A stretch of 64,000 nucleotides of DNA from TPA_inf: Saccharomyces (Eukaryota), in NCBI GenBank assembly GCA_000146045.2, contig BK006939.2:1-64000 (forward strand), read 5' to 3'. Both the position numbers and the translations under genes were made by a program. This document shows, piece by piece, positions 56,103 through 64,000 of this stretch. The stretch's first letter is position 1; each line of letters begins with the position of its first letter. The notes beneath the pieces are model-generated. The model saw only the letters and a list, made by a program, of their open reading frames with translations. It was not told where the DNA came from and did no database searches.

Positions 56103-56570
56103 TCTCGGAAACGTACCAGCTATTATCAAAGTTGCTCTACACTAGCACAGTTGTTTTCAATCTCAGCGCCACTCTTCTTGCTATTGAAGAGCTGCTATTT
56201 TACTTGTATCTCTTCGTGAAATTTCACTCCATCTCATAATTATTACCCGAAAACATAACAATGTGAAATAATCGTATTATGTAAAGGTTAGATAATATAA
56301 CAACTACTAGATAATACAGTACTCTTATTCATTTATTTAGGCACCTGATTCCACTATTACCTATTCAATAGGTGTGCCGAGTTCCTTTGTCTTACGTAAT
56401 TTTACACATCTTTTATGGGTCATATTTCGATATGTAAGGTAATAACGGGAATCTCCGGATTTACTTTAAAGTGGGAGGGAGAAGTTCCTTTCTTCTGATT
56501 TGCGGGTGCTCCGAAAGAACAAAGAATAAATAGGTAAAGCAGTGAAACATAGTATTTGCTGGTTAAAATC

Positions 56571-58100
56571 ATGATCGCTTTGAAGCCCAATGCTGTTCGA
56601 ACCTTCCGACAAGTGCAGCATTGCAGCTTTCGCATTTGTCGGTATCAATCTACGAAGTCAAATAAGTGTCTGACGCCCTTGCAAGAGTACGACAGACTGG
56701 TGAAGTTGGGGAAGCTACGGGATGATACATATCAGCGTGGTATCATCTCTTCCTTAGGGGATTTGTATGATTCACTGGTTAAATATGTACCTCCGGTTGT
56801 CAAGACACCCAATGCTGTCGACCAAGTTGGCGGTTGGTTGAATGGTCTTAAATCCGTATTTAGCCGTGGCAAACCTAAGAACATTGGGGCGTATGTGGAT
56901 GTATCCAAAATTGGTAACTCGATACCTCGAGGAGTTTACCTATATGGAGATGTTGGCTGCGGAAAGACAATGTTGATGGACCTTTTTTATACTACAATTC
57001 CCAATCATTTAACAAAAAAGAGAATACATTTTCACCAGTTTATGCAATATGTTCACAAAAGGTCGCATGAAATTGTTAGAGAGCAAAATTTGAAAGAACT
57101 AGGTGATGCAAAAGGAAAAGAGATCGATACGGTTCCATTTTTGGCCGCAGAGATTGCAAATAATTCGCATGTTCTTTGTTTTGACGAGTTTCAAGTCACT
57201 GACGTGGCAGATGCAATGATATTGAGAAGGCTGATGACTGCCTTACTATCCGATGATTATGGTGTCGTACTTTTCGCAACCTCGAATAGACATCCAGATG
57301 AGTTGTATATCAACGGTGTTCAAAGACAATCATTTATTCCTTGTATTGAACTGATAAAGCATAGAACTAAGGTTATCTTCTTGAATTCGCCAACAGATTA
57401 CCGTAAGATTCCAAGACCTGTGTCCTCAGTTTACTATTTCCCATCCGATACGAGCATAAAATACGCATCAAAGGAATGTAAAACCCGTCGAGAAACTCAT
57501 ATTAAGGAATGGTATAACTATTTCGCACAGGCTTCCCACACCGATGATTCCACTGATTCACACACGGTGCATAAGACATTTTATGATTATCCATTAACTA
57601 TTTGGGGGAGAGAGTTCAAAGTCCCTAAGTGTACCCCACCTCGAGTCGCGCAGTTTACTTTCAAGCAGTTGTGTGGTGAGCCTTTGGCCGCAGGAGATTA
57701 CTTGACGTTGGCAAAAAATTTTGAAGCCTTTATAGTGACCGATATTCCATATTTGTCCATTTACGTTCGTGATGAAGTGAGAAGATTTATTACATTTTTA
57801 GATGCTGTATATGACAGTGGCGGGAAACTGGCCACTACGGGTGCAGCGGATTTTTCTTCCTTGTTTGTGGAACCTGAACAGATACTTAATGATTTTGAGT
57901 TACGCCCAACAACCAAAGAACCTGATAGCGTCGATACTGGTATGGTAGATGAGATGGTTGAGAAACACGGTTTTTCGAAAGAGATTGCCAAGAAATCGCA
58001 GATGTTTGCTCTTGATGAAGAAAGATTTGCCTTTGCCCGTGCCTTAAGCAGGCTGTCACAGATGAGCTCCACCGATTGGGTTACTAAGCCTACATACTAA
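56571..58100 (+). CDS. AFG1: Mitochondrial AAA-family ATPase Afg1/LACE1 (509 aa).
   Basis: A Walker A motif (GDVGCGKTM) and an AFG1-like ATPase domain. The first ATG consistent with a 509-aa product is at 56571. Confidence 0.85.
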
Positions 58101-58377
58101 ACCCTATGTAACAAAAGTGTTTATTTATATTCTTGTATTTATTCTAAACACGAACTTTGATCGTCTAACAATTGCCGCAGTTACACCTTTAACAATAGTG
58201 CTTTTTATTACTGATATTACTCACCTGATTTTTTGTTACCCGAATGCAAATTTGATTAGGAACGGGGATTGTTAAAAGACAATGGCAGTACAGATAAAGG
58301 TTAGATGAAGCAGCAGTAGAATAAATCAGCATCTGTAGTACATAGGTTCCTAACAGCATTGTGAAAAAGGTTCAAAA

Positions 58378-59148
58378 ATGTCTGGTAATAGAGAGCAAGT
58401 CTTTCCTACGCGTATGACGCTGGGTTTGATGAAGACCAAGTTAAAAGGTGCCAACCAAGGTTATTCTTTACTAAAGCGTAAGTCTGAAGCCCTAACAAAG
58501 AGATTCAGAGATATTACCAAAAGAATTGATGATGCTAAGCAAAAGATGGGGAGAGTTATGCAAACTGCTGCCTTTTCCTTGGCCGAAGTTTCCTATGCAA
58601 CAGGTGAAAACATTGGCTATCAAGTGCAAGAAAGTGTCTCTACTGCAAGATTCAAAGTGAGAGCACGTCAAGAAAACGTTAGTGGTGTGTATTTGTCTCA
58701 ATTTGAGTCCTACATCGACCCTGAAATTAATGATTTCAGATTAACTGGTTTAGGTAGAGGTGGTCAACAGGTTCAACGAGCCAAGGAAATCTATTCAAGA
58801 GCCGTTGAAACTTTAGTTGAATTAGCCTCTTTACAGACTGCATTTATTATTTTGGATGAAGTGATTAAAGTGACGAACAGAAGGGTTAATGCTATCGAAC
58901 ACGTTATTATCCCAAGAACTGAAAACACAATTGCTTACATTAACAGTGAGTTGGATGAGTTGGACAGAGAAGAATTTTATAGATTGAAAAAGGTCCAAGA
59001 AAAGAAGCAAAATGAGACTGCAAAATTGGATGCTGAGATGAAATTGAAGAGAGATAGAGCAGAACAAGATGCTTCAGAAGTAGCTGCTGATGAGGAACCT
59101 CAAGGTGAAACATTGGTTGCTGATCAAGAAGACGATGTTATATTCTGA
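58378..59148 (+). CDS. VMA8: V-type ATPase V1 subunit D (256 aa).
   Basis: The full-length coiled-coil protein, [25 protein letters not shown]..., matches V-ATPase subunit D. Confidence 0.92.
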
Positions 59149-59536
59149 AGTTTCAGGCAGAACAAGACCCTTTTCAAAAATATGTAAGCCATTATTAAAA
59201 AAAAGGATATTTTGTATAATTGTTTAATAAAATAACATCTTTTTAAACAATCATAAATAGCACTTCTTATCATACAACCTCAAATCATATCGGTCCAAAT
59301 TTGCTCAAATTGTACATGAGATATAACTTTTTCTTCTAATGCTTTCATTTCAGAGTTTGTTTTTTTTTTTTCTTTTTTTTTTTTTTCCTTACCGGAGTCT
59401 GAATCTCTTACTTCCTTAACTTAGATGTTAGTGACTAAAATCTGATGGACAGTATCAAAATGTAAATATTGTACCTAAAAAGAAAAAAGTATTAAAGTGG
59501 TTTGCCATAAATTTTAAACAAGTGAAAAGTTTCAAT

Positions 59537-59547
59537 ATTTATATTTA
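59537..59547. promoter_or_regulatory. Perfect 11/11 ARS consensus sequence (ATTTATATTTA). It is a candidate replication origin (possibly ARS507) in the VMA8/RML2 intergenic region next to a T11CT16 tract.
   Basis: The motif matches WTTTAYRTTTW exactly. A long poly-T tract at 59343-59390 and an AT-rich, nucleosome-free-looking intergenic region flank it. The ARS name is from memory of an origin near 59 kb on chromosome V. Confidence 0.4.
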
Positions 59548-59669
59548 CATGATTGTGGACAAGCGGCATTGTCTACAGGCTGTGCAAAATTATATAGTAC
59601 AGATAAATGTAACCAGAACAACGAAGAAAAGGTCCCTATGTTGCTTCTTTTCTACTAAAATTAGCCTAT

Positions 59670-60854
<1,185 letters not shown>

Positions 60855-61351
60855 TCATAAACACTTAAATTATCTTCTCTGCGTATTTCTGGACTAGTTT
60901 ACAACGTTCTCTTTTGCTTAGTTAGAACTCGCTTTCAGTTTCCCATACGTTCCCTTTCTCTTTCAATTATAGGTTCAAGCCCTAACTTTCCACCTCGCGT
61001 AGTCTTTTTTTTGCATGGAAAATTTTTTTTGAGTATTTAAAGAACAGAGGTTCTATTCAAATTTAACCGTAGAATATACTTATTCATCTTAAATACCAAG
61101 CGCTTCAACCTGTACGTGGATGGTAACATATAGATATTTCTATAGAATGTGTTAAGGAACAGGAGTTCCTGACAAACAAAAATAGATCGTACTAATACTT
61201 TTTTTTTCGAACTATACTGTTTGCGTATGCTTATAAAGCCAAGAGGGGGATGTTTGTGTATTACTTTCTTTACTTTTTTCTCTTCTGCATTATTGTTCCT
61301 TTAGAGATGATAAAGACAACTTACAAGTACAGTTTTTTGTTGGTATCTCAT

Positions 61352-61433
61352 TAACATGATGACTAAGTTGTCGCCCCAAGCGGATCTTTGAAATGACTGA
61401 TTTTACAAACAACAAACACTGAAAATTCTGAAA
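61352..61433 (+). ncRNA. SNR67: C/D box snoRNA snR67. Its rRNA 2'-O-methylation guide function is known from the literature, not read here.
   Basis: C box ATGATGA at 61356-61362, an internal CTGA (D') at 61397-61400, a D box CTGA at 61428-61431 and a terminal stem ATTAA/TTAAT flanking the C and D boxes. The length is about 82 nt. Confidence 0.55.
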
Positions 61434-61698
61434 TTAATGAGATATTTACACATTAAACATCAAAAGTTTTCTCAAGGAACATGTATTTAATGCAAGAAAA
61501 GGATTGCTGAAGAAAGGAATCTTTTCTCAAACATTTTACCTCTTTTGCCTCATTTGTACACAGCGGTACGGTTGGATTAAGAAAAATATCCATTCGACCT
61601 AGTTTTTTTTGTTAAGCACAATTTGGTTTCAATATCAATTCTTACTGTTATATAAAAAATTGTCTTAATTGCCATTATCACTCCTCTTTTTTTTTTTT

Positions 61699-61789
61699 TT
61701 TGATGATGATTACACTCCATGCTAATCATGAACGTGTTCGATGTAAATTTGAATACGATGATTAAAATTGTTGTTTACGCTTTCTGAAA
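61699..61789 (+). ncRNA. SNR53: C/D box snoRNA snR53, the downstream member of the snR67-snR53 dicistronic unit.
   Basis: C box ATGATGA at 61703-61709, a C'-like GATGAT at about 61757 and a D box CTGA at 61784-61787. A T17 tract lies just upstream. The position about 265 nt after snR67 fits a shared precursor. Confidence 0.55.
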
Positions 61790-61889
61790 TCTAAACTAGA
61801 AAAGAAAAGGAACTATCAAAGAATTAGGCTCTTCGTATTGGAATTAGTTGACAGTTGCTCATGAAATGAATGGATTAAAAAAATAAAGC

Positions 61890-61960
61890 TGCGCAAGCCC
61901 GGAATCGAACCGGGGGCCCAACGATGGCAACGTTGGATTTTACCACTAAACCACTTGCGC
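61890..61960 (-). tRNA. tG(GCC): tRNA-Gly (anticodon GCC), 71 nt, no intron.
   Basis: The reverse complement reads GCGCAAGTGGTTTAGTGGTAAAATCCAACGTTGCCATCGTTGGGCCCCCGGTTCGATTCCGGGCTTGCGCA. It has A/B box features, the anticodon loop TTGCCAT and discriminator A. A T7 Pol III terminator follows on the tRNA strand (plus-strand aaaaaaa at 61877-61883). Confidence 0.93.
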
Positions 61961-62141
61961 TTACTATTTGTTGTTATTCAAAAAATAAAGAACCCACAGA
62001 ACATAGATTAGAACATAACCTTGGAGTATCAACTTGATTCACAAAATATTATTCGTCGTATATCATGGCATATAGAATCTTGCTGGAATAAGAAGCAAGT
62101 TTCATCTTTGATCTTATGTATATAGTATTAATATGTATTAT

Positions 62142-62474
62142 TGTTGGAATAAAGATCAACTATCATCTACTAACTAGTATTTACGTTACTAGTATATTAT
62201 CATATACGGTGTTAGAAGATGACGCAAATGATGAGAAATAGTCATCTAAATTAGTGGAAGCTGAAACGCAAGGATTGATAATGTAATAGGATCAATGAAT
62301 ATTAACATATAAAATGATGATAATAATATTTATAGAATTGTGTAGAATTGCAGATTCCCTTTTATGGATTCCTAAATCCTCGAGGAGAACTTCTAGTACA
62401 TTCTACATACCTAATATTATTGCCTTATTAAAAATGGAATCCCAACAATTATCTCAAAATTCACCCACTCTTCA
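62142..62474 (+). mobile_element. Solo Ty1 delta LTR (333 bp, TGTTGGAATA...CTCTTCA), about 180 bp upstream of the tRNA-Gly gene.
   Basis: The element starts tgttggaataaagatcaactatcatctactaactagtatttacgttactagtatattatcatatacggtgttagaagatgac... and carries the TG...CA termini and internal landmarks typical of delta. Confidence 0.8.
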
Positions 62475-62762
62475 ATTATCATATAGGACAGAATTAGTTG
62501 ACAAAAAGTACGATGGGAAACAGCTATCAAATTTAAAGGAAGCTGAAATGCAAGAATTAATAATGTAATAGGGTAGCGAACGACAAAGTATAAAAGGAAG
62601 GAGGATGAAGTTACATAATTATGTAGCACTATCGACTTCCTTTTGGGCATTTCTATAATCTCGAGGAAATCTTCTAGTATATCCTGTATACCTAATATTA
62701 TTGCCTTCAACACAGACGGAATCCCAACAATTATCTCAAAATTCACCCATTTTTCACTCTCA
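62475..62762 (+). mobile_element. Second, diverged and 5'-truncated delta LTR abutting the first one.
   Basis: The element starts attatcatata... and aligns with delta from position about 68 onward (gaagctgaaatgcaag..., ...tctcgaggaaatcttctagtatatcctgtatacctaatattattgcc..., ...caattatctcaaaattcaccca...). The small ORFs 62314..62568(+) and 62417..62746(-) are repeat artefacts. Confidence 0.6.
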
Positions 62763-63727
62763 AATCTGAATCTAAGTAAATAGTGGCAGTGAAATCCGGA
62801 TCAAAATTCAGTAACTTTTGTGATATCTCACATTGACATACCACGGTCGGAGGTGAATTTCTTCACCATTAACATATAATATGATCATCTATGTAAATTT
62901 TATTGCTGTTATTCTATTAGTAGTAATGATCGAAAATAGTAGAGGTATCAACGAGGTCAATGGATCAAAGAATGCCTTGAACCTGGTTAGTCTATAAATT
63001 TTCGTTTACCTACGTATGTCATATTCAACGTTCTTTCTTTCTCAATTTCTGCAATGATCCCACCGGAGTATATGAACGAACTATTTTATCATTATAGCTA
63101 GCTCTAAACGGCTGCAAAAACTAATTCCTTGAAACAATGTGCCATTAATTATCTAACGCGTGCTTCGTCCTACTGATTATTATCCCTTATTCGTTTGATT
63201 CACATAGTAGACAACTCTTGATCACCCATATAGTACCAGACGACGCTAATTCAAAATTAATCGACATTACGCATGTTTCTAATTTGGGAAAAAAAGGCCA
63301 AGCTCCGATATCCCGTTTAAGGTCAACGCTTGAACAGTGGTTTCTGAACGAACACTCATATCATATTACTTCGACTCAACTGCTGAGCTAGCAGACTGGA
63401 AATATTTCAGGGACTCAAAAAAGGTTCAACTAGTCTCCACTGTAAGCACATTCTTGCATTCTGAATATACGAATGAGTATCATTAACTCAAAACCGCGCC
63501 CTCTTATACGAGACCTCCAAAAATGGATCGTTCATGAGTAAAGGCATCTCAATAACAATAGCAATAACAATAATGTTCATGAGGTGAAAGGTGGCCCCTC
63601 GTTCATGTAAGAGAAGCTGGCCGAGAAATTCATATAAATTGAACTGCTTTGGTTACCTCTCTTTGGTATATGCCTCCACTCTTCTCTTCCTAGTTAAGCT
63701 TATATCAGCACAAACAAAACAAATAAA

Positions 63728-64000
63728 ATGGTCAAATTAACTTCAATTGCCGCTGGTGTTGCCGCCATCGCTGCTACTGCTTCCGCAACCACCACTCTAG
63801 CTCAATCTGACGAAAGAGTCAACTTGGTTGAATTGGGTGTCTACGTATCTGATATCAGAGCTCATTTGGCTCAATACTACTCTTTCCAAGCTGCTCACCC
63901 AACTGAAACCTACCCAATTGAAGTTGCTGAGGCCGTTTTCAACTACGGTGACTTCACCACCATGTTGACTGGTATTGCCCCAGACCAAGTGACCAGAATG
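63728..64000 (+). CDS. PAU2: Seripauperin (PAU/DAN family) gene, 5' part only; the CDS runs off the window end.
   Basis: [91 protein letters not shown] is the highly conserved PAU N-terminus. The ORF is absent from the track because no stop codon falls in the window. Confidence 0.75.
   Translation, partial: MVKLTSIAAGVAAIAATASATTTLAQSDERVNLVELGVYVSDIRAHLAQYYSFQAAHPTETYPIEVAEAVFNYGDFTTMLTGIAPDQVTRM

Noticed and set aside
61434-61698. Rnt1 (AGNN tetraloop) processing stem in the snR67-snR53 spacer.
   Set aside because: The best stem I found (GAAAAGGATT / AATCTTTTC at about 61496-61526) has a 12-nt loop, not an AGNN tetraloop. It cannot be confirmed by eye.
62763-63300. Possible additional LTR fragment (sigma/tau) between the deltas and the PAU2 promoter.
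   Set aside because: I could not recognise TG...CA termini or any landmark of sigma, tau or delta by eye, so the region is left unannotated.

Overview
This window reads as the left end of Saccharomyces cerevisiae chromosome V, roughly the first 64 kb in reference (S288C-like) orientation. It is an ordinary, well-characterised yeast chromosome arm. I see no evidence of an undescribed multi-gene system, and I do not claim one. Gene identities come from the translated ORFs, which I recognise by eye; no search was run.

Layout, left to right:
- 1–6337: a long-class Y' subtelomeric element carrying the Y' helicase-like ORF (YEL077C) with an internal 36-bp Ser/Thr-rich tandem repeat array. It also carries an intron-containing Y' ORF (YEL076C-A/YEL076C), whose GTATGT donor, TACTAAC branch point and TAG acceptor are all readable on the minus strand.
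- ~6338–6363: a short internal C1-3A telomeric tract at the Y'/X junction, followed by an X-element core ending near 7195.
- 7554–13659: about 6 kb of AT-rich sequence with no ORF longer than about 80 codons.
- 13720–61000: the subtelomeric and arm genes RMD6, DLD3, DSF1, HXT13, YEL068C, HPA3, SIT1, AVT2, CAN1, NPR2, CIN8, PRB1, SOM1, PCM1, YEL057C, HAT2, POL5, RPL12A, MAK10, AFG1, VMA8 and RML2.
- 61352–61789: two C/D-box snoRNAs on the plus strand, snR67 and snR53, arranged as the known dicistronic unit.
- 61890–61960: tRNA-Gly(GCC) on the minus strand.
- 62142–62762: a full Ty1 delta LTR followed directly by a 5'-truncated diverged delta, upstream of the tRNA.
- 63728–64000: the 5' part of a PAU (seripauperin) gene, probably PAU2.

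Several ORF-track N-termini are longer than the real proteins. The track appears to accept GTG and TTG as start codons; positions 16286 and 39684 are both GTG. I moved those starts to the first ATG that matches the known protein N-terminus.

Regulatory observations I could read directly:
- a cluster of four GATAAG elements in the CAN1 promoter, plus one Gcn4-type TGACTCA;
- an Aft1-type site in the SIT1 promoter;
- a Rap1 site upstream of RPL12A;
- a Reb1 site upstream of POL5;
- a perfect ARS consensus next to a long poly-T tract between VMA8 and RML2;
- STRE and GATA motifs upstream of PRB1;
- an Rtg-type R-box upstream of DLD3;
- a 14-bp perfect palindrome upstream of DSF1.
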